From assembly GCA_001189075.1 (NCBI GenBank), contig LFCN01000006.1, positions 524,866 to 588,865 of the forward strand: a stretch of 64,000 nt of DNA, in the 5' to 3' direction. Both the position numbers and the translations under genes were made by a program. Positions 9,556 to 18,870 of the stretch are shown piece by piece (within the stretch, counting starts at the first letter, position 1; each line of letters opens with the position of its first letter). Under the pieces are notes generated by a model. It ran no database searches, had not been told where the DNA came from, and was given only the letters and a program-made list of their open reading frames with translations. Source of the DNA: Parcubacteria bacterium C7867-004. Lineage in GTDB: Bacteria; Patescibacteriota; Minisyncoccia; Phycocordibacterales; Phycocordibacteraceae.

Positions 9556-10545
9556 TCAATCTTTCGGGATGCTGTTGAAGTAGTGCTGGAGAAAGGCGCG
9601 GTACATCCTCGCGGCCTGCAGGTGCACGTCACTGGTCCTTCCGAGCGAATAGAGATACGGCACCATTATCGCTCCTGCATAGACCACGAAGAACGGCTCG
9701 AGAACGGGATCAGGCTTTGTTCCCATGCGCTCCTGATACCCGAGAAGCACCGCCTCGAAGGCTTCCCTGCCGGCAAGGGCATAGACGTCGGTTGCCAGGC
9801 GATACCGATTGAAGTCCTGATGGCAGTAGCGCCAGTTCTCTTGAGGCGGATAGGTGTCTATGAGGAGGAGTCTCTGCTCGGCATAGACCCCGTTTTCTGC
9901 ATGCGTATCGAGAACCGAAGACGCGTCCTCGGTTCTCGTAAGCCACTCCGTATTCGCTTCGAGGAACGACTCGAGGTAGTCAACATATACGAATCTCTCT
10001 GAGTCGGGTATCTCTGTTTCTAGGCCACTGATCCACGCCCGAAGGTCGCTGAAGCGGGATACGAAGTTCTTATACAGATCTATCTCAGGATGTTTAGTAC
10101 ATACTGTATCTATTCGATCCCCGAGCTGCGTTCCGATGCGATGGAAATCCTCATTCGCAAGGGACCCATCGACAAGGAGCCGCAGAAGCCCGTCATTGAG
10201 ATCAAATCGTTGCATGGCAACCACCCGATGTTCGGATTCGTCTGGACCGATAAATTCAATGCGCCCGTCGATAAGTCGAGCTCCGCAAAGCGTCTCATAG
10301 ATCTCAGGAGTAACCGCATGATTCCACGTGAAGTCCGCCTCGACGAATTCGTTCCTGACCGAGCTGTCAGCAAGGTCGAAGAAATGCGCATTAAAGAATG
10401 CATTGTCGTCCTTACAGAGCTTGTAGGCTCGAGTGCCTGAGAGGAAGATATGCGAGATAACGGTCTCAATGTAGAGCGGTACTTCGGAGCACCCTTCGAA
10501 CCTGCCCTCTTTGAACGCGGCAACGATGTCCGATTGCGAGGTCAT
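9556..10545 (-). CDS. hypothetical protein (329 aa)
   Basis: ORF track, coding-like codon bias; the segment HQDFNRYR only weakly suggests a kinase-like fold; no confident family. Confidence 0.45.
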   Translation of the reverse strand: MTSQSDIVAAFKEGRFEGCSEVPLYIETVISHIFLSGTRAYKLCKDDNAFFNAHFFDLADSSVRNEFVEADFTWNHAVTPEIYETLCGARLIDGRIEFIGPDESEHRVVAMQRFDLNDGLLRLLVDGSLANEDFHRIGTQLGDRIDTVCTKHPEIDLYKNFVSRFSDLRAWISGLETEIPDSERFVYVDYLESFLEANTEWLTRTEDASSVLDTHAENGVYAEQRLLLIDTYPPQENWRYCHQDFNRYRLATDVYALAGREAFEAVLLGYQERMGTKPDPVLEPFFVVYAGAIMVPYLYSLGRTSDVHLQAARMYRAFLQHYFNSIPKD

Positions 10546-10557
10546 GAGGAGCGATAG

Positions 10558-13221
10558 CTATGCTTCTCTCCTCGCACGGATGAAGATGATCCACTTCGCA
10601 ACCTCGATGGTTGCAAGGTTAACGAGGCCGAACCCGAAGAATATGCCCATTTGCAGCATCGACGGCGGGGTTACGTGTACGAGCATCTGGAGCATTGGGA
10701 CATAGAGCGCGGCAAGTAGCATAAGCGTGCTTGCGACGAGCGCGCCCACCAGAAAGAGGTTCGAGAACAATGGAAGCTTCCAGATAGGAGTCGCGAGACT
10801 CTTCATGGAGAACGCCATGAAGATGCAGTTCACCGAGACCGCAACAAACATAAGGGTCTGGATCTCCGGGTGCGTGAGATCGGTCTGAAGAAGGAAGAGA
10901 TACATGCCGATGAGGAGGGCGGAGGTTATGGTTCCCACGAGCGCGATGAGCTGGATGAGCTTCGGCGAGAGCACGCGGGCGATCTCGGGATCCTTAGGCT
11001 TGCGCTTCATAGAGGCCGGGTAGAGGGGCTCGAACGCGAACGCGAAGTTCATAAGTCCGCCCTCGATAAGGTTGGACCAGAGAATCTGCGTCGGGAGTAT
11101 CGGAAGCGGAAGACCGACGATAAGCGAGAACCCGATGAGCGCCACCTCGCTGAAGTTCGTCGAGAGCATGTATGCAAAAATCTTCTTGAAATTCTCTCGG
11201 AGGCGGCGACCTTCGCGAATCGCCACCGTAATAACGGAGAAGCCGTTATTAAGAAGTACGAGATCCGAGGCCTCCTTCGCCACATCGGTACCGGAGCCAA
11301 GCGCGATTCCGATTGCAGCGGCCCTAAGTGCCGGCGCGTCGTTCACCCCGTCACCCGTCATGGCGACAACCTCGCCTGCGCCCTTAAGTACTTCCGCGAT
11401 GCGAAGCTTCTCCGCAGGCGCGACTCGTGCGAACACCGTGTGCTCCTGGAGCACCGTGAGCATTTCCTCGTCAGTAAGCGCTGAGAGCTCGGCACCGGTG
11501 TACGCACGTTCCTCAGGGCCCGCTATCCCTACCATCCGCGCAATAGAAAGCGCCGTCTCTGGGTTGTCGCCGGTAAGCATGAGGACGCGTGCGCCCGCGT
11601 CATGCATCTCAGCGATGGCGGACGCCGCTTCAGGCCTAATCACATCAGAGAATACGAGAAGGCCGAGGAGCGTTCCCTTCGCGAGAAAATCGGACAGATG
11701 CTGCTCCATCGGGAAATCAGGATCAGCATGATCAACGCGCGCGACCGCGATGACGCGCTTGCCGTCCCGGGCGGCACTCGCAAGCGCGCTCGCGAAATAG
11801 AGCCGGTTCGCGCCGGTAAGCTCATGCCGTTCGCCTTTCCCGTCGGACACATGCGAGACCGCGTTCACGATGAGTTCGGGCGCGCCGGTCAGGTACGCAA
11901 CGTGCTTCGCCTCGTCCTCAAGCACGAGCATGCCGCCGAAGCGGCGGGAAGAATCGAAGTGCAGCTCATCGGTGCGCGGACGCTCAATGAGGCAGGAATG
12001 CTGTGCAATGCCGTTCTTGAGTCCCGCGAGCACAATCGCCTGCTCAATAGGACGACCGTGCACCACGAGCTTCTCATCACCCTCCAGTTCCGGACGCTCC
12101 TCAACATACGCGTTCGAAGCGAGCACCGCCGCACGAAGCAGTTCGCGCGGTTCGCCTCCTTCCGCATCCGTGTGCGTGGCACTCATGCCGATGAGCGACT
12201 CGAGCGTCATCCTCCCTTCAGTGAGGGTTCCGGTCTTATCGGTAAGGATGATGCTGGTCGTCCCGAGCGTCTCAGCCGCAAGCAGGTTGCGCACGAGCCC
12301 CCCGCTCTTAAGGATGCGCTCCATCCCGAGTGCGAGCACCACCGTAACCGCGGCCGGAAGGCCCTCCGGTACGCTCGCAACTGCAAGCGCGATAGCGGTA
12401 AAGAGCGTCTCATCGAACGGAAGACCGCGGAGTAACCCGAGACCAATGATTCCGACCATCACGACCGCGACCGCGATGAGGATCACTCGCGCTACCTGCC
12501 GTATGTCGCGCATGAGCGGCGTTACCGATTCGTCACGCTTAGCGAGCTCCATCGCGATGAGCCCTATTTCCGTCCCCGAACCGGTGGCAACCACAAGTCC
12601 CTTACCTGCGCCCGACACGACGAGCGTCCCCGCATAGGCCATGCCATTGCGCGCATCGAGCGATGCCTCTTCCGGAACGATATCCGTTCCTTTCTCCACC
12701 GGCACCCACTCACCTGAGAGTGCTGATTCGTTAACCGTAAGACCATGCACTTCGATGATGCGCAGATCGGCAGGCACCGCGCTTCCTGAAGAAAGGACAA
12801 CGAGGTCGCCGGTAACCAGTTCCTCTGCCGGGATCTTCATCGGCTCGCCGTCGCGGAACACCACCGCGAACGTTGCTTCGCTTCCCTTGAGCGCTTCGAA
12901 CGCGCGCGAGGCGCGTCCCTCCTGCACCATGCCCATGACAACGTTTACCAGAAGTGCCACCGCGATAACGAGAGCGTCAGTGAAATCTGCCAGGAACAGT
13001 GTCGCGAGCGCAGCAAGCACAAGCACGAAGGTTATCGGGCTTGAGAACTGTAGGAGGAGCTTTTTCGCAAACGAAGGACGCACGGGTTCGGGAAGACTGT
13101 TCTTCCCTTCGAGAAGGCGCTTGGCTGCTTCGTCGCGGGCGAGTCCCTTTTCAGGGTCGGTGCGCAAACGCTCCGCGATCGCTTCTGCGGAAAGCGTATG
13201 CCACTGGACGGACGAATTCAT
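10558..13221 (-). CDS. P-type cation-transporting ATPase, type II (Ca2+/Mg2+-ATPase-like)
   Basis: DKTGTLTEGRM phosphorylation motif, PEGLPAAVTVVLALG, MLTGDN, TGDGVNDAPAL, 10 TM helices. Start set at ATG 13219-13221 (MNSSVQWHTLSAEAIAERL..., cation-ATPase N-terminus); the longer ORF-track start would overlap the next gene. Confidence 0.9.
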   Translation of the reverse strand: MNSSVQWHTLSAEAIAERLRTDPEKGLARDEAAKRLLEGKNSLPEPVRPSFAKKLLLQFSSPITFVLVLAALATLFLADFTDALVIAVALLVNVVMGMVQEGRASRAFEALKGSEATFAVVFRDGEPMKIPAEELVTGDLVVLSSGSAVPADLRIIEVHGLTVNESALSGEWVPVEKGTDIVPEEASLDARNGMAYAGTLVVSGAGKGLVVATGSGTEIGLIAMELAKRDESVTPLMRDIRQVARVILIAVAVVMVGIIGLGLLRGLPFDETLFTAIALAVASVPEGLPAAVTVVLALGMERILKSGGLVRNLLAAETLGTTSIILTDKTGTLTEGRMTLESLIGMSATHTDAEGGEPRELLRAAVLASNAYVEERPELEGDEKLVVHGRPIEQAIVLAGLKNGIAQHSCLIERPRTDELHFDSSRRFGGMLVLEDEAKHVAYLTGAPELIVNAVSHVSDGKGERHELTGANRLYFASALASAARDGKRVIAVARVDHADPDFPMEQHLSDFLAKGTLLGLLVFSDVIRPEAASAIAEMHDAGARVLMLTGDNPETALSIARMVGIAGPEERAYTGAELSALTDEEMLTVLQEHTVFARVAPAEKLRIAEVLKGAGEVVAMTGDGVNDAPALRAAAIGIALGSGTDVAKEASDLVLLNNGFSVITVAIREGRRLRENFKKIFAYMLSTNFSEVALIGFSLIVGLPLPILPTQILWSNLIEGGLMNFAFAFEPLYPASMKRKPKDPEIARVLSPKLIQLIALVGTITSALLIGMYLFLLQTDLTHPEIQTLMFVAVSVNCIFMAFSMKSLATPIWKLPLFSNLFLVGALVASTLMLLAALYVPMLQMLVHVTPPSMLQMGIFFGFGLVNLATIEVAKWIIFIRARREA

Positions 13222-13321
13222 AGTGTCCCTAGAGTATAGCAAGCGGTACGGCCGGTTGAAGATCGATTGCCGGGCTGCAACCAGAGTATCTGCCTCAGAC
13301 GGAAGATGGTACGATTTACGC

Positions 13322-13774
13322 ATGATCCACGAACAATTGAAGGCGGGCATTCCTGACGCGCTCCGTGCGAAGGACGAAGTGCGTCTGCGGACGCTGCGCT
13401 CCGTCGTTACCCTGATGACAAATGAGGTGGTCGCCAAGAAGCGTAAGCCGGATGAGTTCCTCGCTGACGATGAGGCTCTGACGGTCCTCAAGCGGGCGGC
13501 AAACCAGCGCAAGGATTCCATCGAGCAGTTCACGGCGGCCGGTCGCGACGAATTGGCCGCACCCGAGAAGGAAGAGCTCGCCGTCATTGAGTCTTTCCTC
13601 CCCGCTCAAATGAGCCGCGAAGAAGTCGAAGCAGTCGTAAAGGCCAAGATGGAGGAGCTCGGCGTAACCGACAAGTCAGGTGCCGGGAAGTTCACGGGAG
13701 CCGTGATGCAGGAGCTCAAGGGTCGCGCTGACGGCGGAATGGTGAAATCGGTCGTCGACTCCCTTCTCTCGTAA
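13322..13774 (+). CDS. GatB/YqeY domain-containing protein
   Basis: C-terminal 150 aa of ORF 12641..13774 (MIHEQLKAGIPDALRAKDEVRLRTLRSV...GKFTGAVMQELKGRADGGMVKSVV), the YqeY-like helical domain. The rest of that ORF is antisense to the ATPase. Confidence 0.75.
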   Translation: MIHEQLKAGIPDALRAKDEVRLRTLRSVVTLMTNEVVAKKRKPDEFLADDEALTVLKRAANQRKDSIEQFTAAGRDELAAPEKEELAVIESFLPAQMSREEVEAVVKAKMEELGVTDKSGAGKFTGAVMQELKGRADGGMVKSVVDSLLS

Positions 13775-13869
13775 GCTCTCTGGGTGTATAACCCGTACTA
13801 GAAGGGCGATAGACCTTTCAGAAGGAAGATGGTTGGGCGTCTTCAGCAACCCTTTGCTGGAGTAGTAGC

Positions 13870-14265
13870 ATGTCTGTACACGTTTTGATCCCGAAACCCT
13901 CGCAGGGACAGCCGCCAGTCGATCTCTATCTCTTCCTGGCTCCCTCGCAATCGCCCGGACACCCGGCCGGTATGACGTGCGTCCTCAGCGAGCACGGCAG
14001 GCAGAGGGTCCTTGCCAATCCTGAAGCCTTCGAGCGCAGGTTCACCCTGCTCAAGAACGCGCCTCGTCTGGAGCACCTCAAGCTCCTTCGAGGCCCGAAG
14101 ACCATGTTCATCGACGGCTTCGACTGCAGCTGTCTTCGCGAATCCGATGAGCTCGCACTGCTTAGGCTGGCACAGCGTTTCCAGAACCGTGCGCTTTCCT
14201 GTCTCTACTTCATTTGCGTGATCGTGAGACCTGAGGATCCCGCCGAAGTCTGCCGAGCAGCCTGA
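13870..14265 (+). CDS. hypothetical protein (131 aa), uncertain
   Basis: GC3-rich coding-like ORF; a competing antisense ORF is 13843..14352; no family recognised. Confidence 0.25.
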   Translation: MSVHVLIPKPSQGQPPVDLYLFLAPSQSPGHPAGMTCVLSEHGRQRVLANPEAFERRFTLLKNAPRLEHLKLLRGPKTMFIDGFDCSCLRESDELALLRLAQRFQNRALSCLYFICVIVRPEDPAEVCRAA

Positions 14266-14370
14266 CGCACGCATTCCACCGACGCCGTTCGATCCTCTGC
14301 ACGCTGTGCACTGATCGAGCGGCGTTTTCTTTTCCATTCCTTCATCCATCACGTAGTATCAAAGGCATCT

Positions 14371-15630
14371 ATGCATAAACTCAAGAGTCCCTTATTCATC
14401 GTGTTCTGTATTGTGTTCGTGGATGTGCTCGGCATCGGCATACTCATTCCGGTCATCCCGCTCCTCCTGACCGACCCTGAGTATCCCTATCACCTGACCG
14501 GCATTACCATCGACCAGGGATACGTCCTGCTCGGGCTCCTGACAGCCATATACCCGCTCATGCAGTTCGTAGCGACTCCGCTCTTGGGCCAGCTTTCAGA
14601 TCGTATCGGCCGGAAGCCGGTGCTCGCCGTCTCCCTACTCGGTACCTCACTCTCATACGTCGTCTTCGCGATAGCCATCATCACGAAGAACATCCCGCTG
14701 CTATTCCTCTCCCGTGCAGTAGACGGCATCACGGGCGGGAACATCTCGGTAGCGCAGGCGGCGATCGCCGATACTACCCCGCCCGAGAAGCGCGCCCGGA
14801 ACTTCGGTATCATCGGCGCCGCGTTCGGTATCGGATTCGTCGTCGGTCCGTTCCTCGGAGGCAAGCTCTCCGACCCGTCCGTAGTCTCCTGGTTCGATGC
14901 GGCAACGCCCTTCTGGTTCGCAGCGATCCTCGCCTTCCTCAACATGCTTGCGGTGCTCTTCCTGTTCAAGGAGACCCTGAAAGAAAAGACGCATGAAGCG
15001 TTCCATTTCCTGCAGTCGATCATAAACATCGGCAAGGCGTTCACGATGCCGAAACTGAAGAAGCTCTTTAGCGTATCATTCCTCTTCCATAGCGGATTTA
15101 CCTTCTACACGAGCTTCTTCGGCGCGTACCTCATTTACCGCTTCGCCTTCACGCAGGGGAACATCGGCGATTACTTCGCCTTCGTCGGTATCTGCATCGC
15201 GCTCACGCAGGCGGTTGTAACGGGGTTCGTCGGCAAGCGCTTCTCGCCATATGCGATCATCTCGGTAGCGTTGCTTGGAGTAGCGGCAACCGTGCTTTCC
15301 TTCACACTCGTTGGATCAACCTGGATGCTCTATACGATCACTCTTCCTCAGGCGGTCTGCATGGGACTCATCATGGCGAACCTCAACGGCCTCATCAGCC
15401 GCTCGGGAGACCCGAAGCGCCAAGGAGAAGTGCTCGGCATCTCGGCGTCGGTCCAGGCGCTCGCGCAGACCATACCCCCGGTTATCGGCGGATTCCTCGC
15501 AGCCGCATTCGTCCCAGCGGCGCCTATAGTAGCGGGAAGTATCCTTATCTTCTGCGCGTTCCTTGTGTTCGTATTCCTCCTCAGAGACACCGCCCATTCG
15601 ATATCAGGGCATGGCGACCATGCCGTATAA
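14371..15630 (+). CDS. MFS transporter, DHA1/TetA-like drug:H+ antiporter family
   Basis: 12 TM helices; motif A GQLSDRIGRKPVL between TM2 and TM3. Confidence 0.85.
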   Translation: MHKLKSPLFIVFCIVFVDVLGIGILIPVIPLLLTDPEYPYHLTGITIDQGYVLLGLLTAIYPLMQFVATPLLGQLSDRIGRKPVLAVSLLGTSLSYVVFAIAIITKNIPLLFLSRAVDGITGGNISVAQAAIADTTPPEKRARNFGIIGAAFGIGFVVGPFLGGKLSDPSVVSWFDAATPFWFAAILAFLNMLAVLFLFKETLKEKTHEAFHFLQSIINIGKAFTMPKLKKLFSVSFLFHSGFTFYTSFFGAYLIYRFAFTQGNIGDYFAFVGICIALTQAVVTGFVGKRFSPYAIISVALLGVAATVLSFTLVGSTWMLYTITLPQAVCMGLIMANLNGLISRSGDPKRQGEVLGISASVQALAQTIPPVIGGFLAAAFVPAAPIVAGSILIFCAFLVFVFLLRDTAHSISGHGDHAV

Positions 15631-16429
15631 GCGACGCATAACACTCTGGAAGGAAGTCGGGGAGACCCCGCTCCAGGCTATCGAGAAGTGGAAGCAGGTA
15701 AATCCTGCATACGCCGAGATACCGGCCAGCTATGCGGGCAGGCTTGATCCGATGGCTGAGGGTAAGCTGCTTATCCTTCTCGGAGACGAATGCAAGAAGC
15801 AGGACCGGTATCGGGGACTTGATAAGGAATATGAGATAGAAGTGTTGCTCGATCTTTCTACCGATACCGGAGATGTGCTCGGTATGCCGGCATACGCAAG
15901 CAGGGAGACAGTCCCGGCCGATGAAGACATTCGACGCGTTCTTCATGACCAGACCGGAACGAAGATCCTCCCCTATCCTGCATTCTCGTCAAAGACCGTG
16001 AACGGAAAGCCGTTATTCCTCTATGCACTTGAAGGAACGCTTGATTCGATCTCAATTCCCAAGCATGAGGAAACTATCCATCGTATTCGACTCATGCGGC
16101 ATGAGGTTGTGAGCAAAGATACGCTTCAAGAACGTATCGAACGTATGCTCGCGCTCGCTCCAAGGAATAGCGAACCATCGAAGGCACTGGGTGCTGATTT
16201 CAGACAGGATGCGATACGAGCAGAGTGGAACACAGTTTTCGAGAATATGGGCGATCGGTCATTCTCCGTCCTTTCCCTCCGCGTCACCTGCGGAAGCGGG
16301 ACCTACATGCGCACGCTCGCCGAGCGTATCGGGAAGGAACTGGGAACGAGCGGGATAGCTCTCTCAATCAAACGATCTAAGATCGGCACGTATCATCTAT
16401 TCGGATTCTGGATTCGATTGTTCCGATAG
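15611..16429 (+). CDS. truB: tRNA pseudouridine(55) synthase
   Basis: GRLDPMAEGKLLILLG (catalytic Asp motif), KEYEIEV; start placed at ATG 15611 (MATMPYKRR), overlapping the MFS gene by 20 nt. Confidence 0.8.
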   Translation: MATMPYKRRITLWKEVGETPLQAIEKWKQVNPAYAEIPASYAGRLDPMAEGKLLILLGDECKKQDRYRGLDKEYEIEVLLDLSTDTGDVLGMPAYASRETVPADEDIRRVLHDQTGTKILPYPAFSSKTVNGKPLFLYALEGTLDSISIPKHEETIHRIRLMRHEVVSKDTLQERIERMLALAPRNSEPSKALGADFRQDAIRAEWNTVFENMGDRSFSVLSLRVTCGSGTYMRTLAERIGKELGTSGIALSIKRSKIGTYHLFGFWIRLFR

Positions 16430-16466
16430 GCTATGCTTTCCGCGGAGCCAGCGGAAGGAGAACACC

Positions 16467-16706
16467 ATGGCCGATATCAGCGGGACCGTGTCCCCGCCGT
16501 CCTGCGTCCCGGCAGCGCAGATGCAAAGCGCAAGGGCCGTGTTGCTCGCCAGCGCATGCGCGGTGAGCTTCGCCCGGGCCTTGAACGGTGACACCGTCGT
16601 CGTGATCCCTCCGTTCTGCATGGAGCTTGCCGTAGAGACCGGCGAAGACGGCAAGGTCGTCTGCAGCTTCCGAGTCGACCCGGGCCAGACTGTGACAGAC
16701 TTTTAA
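16467..16706 (+). CDS. small Cys-containing hypothetical protein (79 aa)
   Basis: GGAAGGAG Shine-Dalgarno 6-7 nt upstream of ATG; GC3-rich; an intrinsic terminator follows the stop codon. Confidence 0.4.
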   Translation: MADISGTVSPPSCVPAAQMQSARAVLLASACAVSFARALNGDTVVVIPPFCMELAVETGEDGKVVCSFRVDPGQTVTDF

Positions 16707-16712
16707 GCCGTC

Positions 16713-16742
16713 CAATGCAATGGGCGGTTTTTTATTAAAGAA
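16713..16742 (+). terminator. rho-independent terminator (CCGUCCA/UGGGCGG stem with one G-U pair, then TTTTTTATT)
   Basis: Hairpin plus T-run read directly from the sequence. Confidence 0.55.
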
Positions 16743-16774
16743 AATCCCAGACTATGCAGTCTGGGATGAGAGAC

Positions 16775-17365
16775 TCAGGCCTCAGGGGCCTCAAGCCGCG
16801 TGACAGCCGCGAGCAACGCCAGCCATTGGAGCTGATTCACATGGGCAAGCTGCGGCAGTTCCGCGAGTTCGACTCGAACCATGAGGTCGATCAGCAGCTG
16901 CGCGTGCTCACTCGCCGAAGGGGTTGCGTAGCTCAGGAGCTTTGCGATCTTCCACGAGCCAGTCTTCGGATCGGTCCAGACGTAGATCTGCTTGAGGATC
17001 AGCTTACGTTGCTCTTCGGGCGAGAGAGCCTTCATGAGCCGCGCGATGACGTTGTGGTGTCCGCCGGTGACGTCGTCCCCATTCCACCAAAGCAGTGGGA
17101 TGGTTGTCATACCGCCACTTTCCTCGAAGCGGATCGCATAATCAGCGACGGCGAGCGCATCTTCGATAGTGAAGGAAGGATGCGCAAGCATCCGGCCAAA
17201 CAGAACCTCCTCCAGATCGTTGAGATCGAGATACTGCTCGCAGATGGCCCTCGCGACCGTCAACGGGCTGTACTCCGGATGACTCATTATCTCGTCCACC
17301 ATCGCGGACGTGAAGTTCCGGGTCGCAAGCGCGATCCCGATAAGAGGCTTTAACGTTCCAGTCAT
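16775..17365 (-). CDS. hypothetical protein (196 aa)
   Basis: ORF track; coding-like; no family recognised. Confidence 0.45.
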   Translation of the reverse strand: MTGTLKPLIGIALATRNFTSAMVDEIMSHPEYSPLTVARAICEQYLDLNDLEEVLFGRMLAHPSFTIEDALAVADYAIRFEESGGMTTIPLLWWNGDDVTGGHHNVIARLMKALSPEEQRKLILKQIYVWTDPKTGSWKIAKLLSYATPSASEHAQLLIDLMVRVELAELPQLAHVNQLQWLALLAAVTRLEAPEA

Positions 17366-17463
17366 TACTACCCCACTTTTTTGTACTTACTATTACTTTA
17401 TAAAATAAAAAGTTCGTATAGTCAAACGCAACAGCCGCCCATTCGGGCGGCTGTTGTCTTTGT

Positions 17464-17537
17464 GACCTCACGGGGAATCGAACCCCGATTTGATCCGTGA
17501 GAGGGATCTGTCCTAACCGTTAGACGATGAGGCCGGT
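17464..17537 (-). tRNA. tRNA-Glu (anticodon CUC)
   Basis: Minus-strand cloverleaf: acceptor GGCCUCA/UGAGGUC, D-arm TCGTCTAACGGTTAGGAC, anticodon loop CUCUCAC, T-arm GGGGTTCGATTCCCC; CCA not encoded. Confidence 0.75.
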
Positions 17538-17581
17538 TACCGAACTCATGACTGAGGTCGTACGAACGTTATACCAGATTC

Positions 17582-18865
17582 TTAGCGGCGCTTCCACTCC
17601 TTCTCCTGACGGACCAGCTGTGCACTATCGGACGGGTCAGCCAACAGCGCCTCGACTACCCGCTCCATACGCACACCCTGCGAGCCTTTGACGAGGACGA
17701 CATCCCCTTCCTGAACTCTCGCGGCGAGCGCTTCAGCCGCTTCTGTCGAGGTATCGAACGAGATGCAGTCCTCGTCGCTCCTCCCTGTCGCTCGTGCTGC
17801 TTCGCATATCGCTTTGGCGCGGCTCCCCACCGTTACAATGAGGTCAGCGCGCTCTGCAGCGAGCGTTCCTACCCGCTCATGCTCTGCCTTCGAGTAGCGT
17901 CCGAGCTCGAGCATATCGCCGAGGACCGCGATGCGGCGAGACGCGTTCGGAACGAGACCGAGCGAAAGCAGTGCCTCCTCAACCGCGACTGGAGACGCAT
18001 TATAGGTGTCGTCGATGATGAGCGAACCGTTCAATCCGTTCAGAACCCGTGCGCGCCCCGGAGGAGCCGAATAGGTAGCAAGTCCAGTAAGTGCTTCTTC
18101 TTCGGTAAGCCCGAGTGCGATCGCGAGTGCGAAGGCTGCCGCAGGAGCGAGCAGCTGCGTCTTCCCGAGCGCTCCCTCAACGCGTATCCGCAGGCTCCGT
18201 CCATGCGCGTCAATGGTCGCTTCCATGCCCATGGAGTCCGCATCCTTATAGAAAGACGGATCCTCTATCCTGACGGTGGCGCCTTCCGCAAACCCGAAGG
18301 TGGTTATCGTTGCATGCAGGCGCTGACTCATTGTTACCGCATACGGATCGTCAGCGCAGATGATGAGGGTGCCGTGGCTCGCAAGAGCGCTGGCCGGCGT
18401 GAACTCCTCGTCACGCACGGCCTGCGGCGTTGCATAGGCCTCAACGTGCACTGGCACATCGGGCAGCCGCGTCACGACAACCGCATCCGGCGTCGCGATC
18501 TTGAGTATCTTCGAAAGGTCTCCCGGGCGATCCGCCCCCACCTCGAGTACGAGCAGTTTCGGATAGTGACTCGGGAGCATGATGAGTGCGAGCGCTTCCT
18601 GGAAGACGCCGTACCATGCGGTCGCGTTCTCCCAGGGATTCTTCGCGCCAATGATGGTGAGCGGGACGCCGAATTCGCTGTTATAGCTCTTCTCGCTCGC
18701 GCGCAGATAGAAGCCCTCCGAAAGGGCTGCTTTCACCGCGTCCTTCGTCGACGTCTTCCCCACGCTACCCGTTACCATGACGATAACGGGTCGGTACTTC
18801 CGGATAATCGCGCGAGCAAGGAGCGCAAGGAGGTAGGCTACCGGGGCTTTGAGGAGGGATTTCAT
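17582..18865 (-). CDS. murF: UDP-N-acetylmuramoyl-tripeptide--D-alanyl-D-alanine ligase
   Basis: Mur ligase P-loop VMVTGSVGKTSTKD; IIDDTYNASP motif; position at the end of the mraZ-rsmH-ftsL-ftsI cluster. Confidence 0.85.
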   Translation of the reverse strand: MKSLLKAPVAYLLALLARAIIRKYRPVIVMVTGSVGKTSTKDAVKAALSEGFYLRASEKSYNSEFGVPLTIIGAKNPWENATAWYGVFQEALALIMLPSHYPKLLVLEVGADRPGDLSKILKIATPDAVVVTRLPDVPVHVEAYATPQAVRDEEFTPASALASHGTLIICADDPYAVTMSQRLHATITTFGFAEGATVRIEDPSFYKDADSMGMEATIDAHGRSLRIRVEGALGKTQLLAPAAAFALAIALGLTEEEALTGLATYSAPPGRARVLNGLNGSLIIDDTYNASPVAVEEALLSLGLVPNASRRIAVLGDMLELGRYSKAEHERVGTLAAERADLIVTVGSRAKAICEAARATGRSDEDCISFDTSTEAAEALAARVQEGDVVLVKGSQGVRMERVVEALLADPSDSAQLVRQEKEWKRR

Positions 18866-18870
18866 GGGAA

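Noticed and set aside
11602-13315. Long + strand ORFs (11602..12435, 11870..12637, 12641..13315 part) overlapping the P-type ATPase
   Set aside because: They are antisense shadows of a strongly supported minus-strand ATPase gene in high-GC DNA, with Ser/Arg/Ala-rich low-complexity translations.
13843-14352. 169-aa minus ORF overlapping the 13870..14265 + ORF
   Set aside because: Neither frame has recognisable motifs. The + frame is kept only at low confidence on codon bias; it may be non-coding promoter space for the MFS gene.
16431-16715. 94-aa minus-strand ORF between truB and the next gene
   Set aside because: The + strand ORF in the same place has a consensus SD and an immediately following intrinsic terminator; the minus ORF is taken as its antisense.
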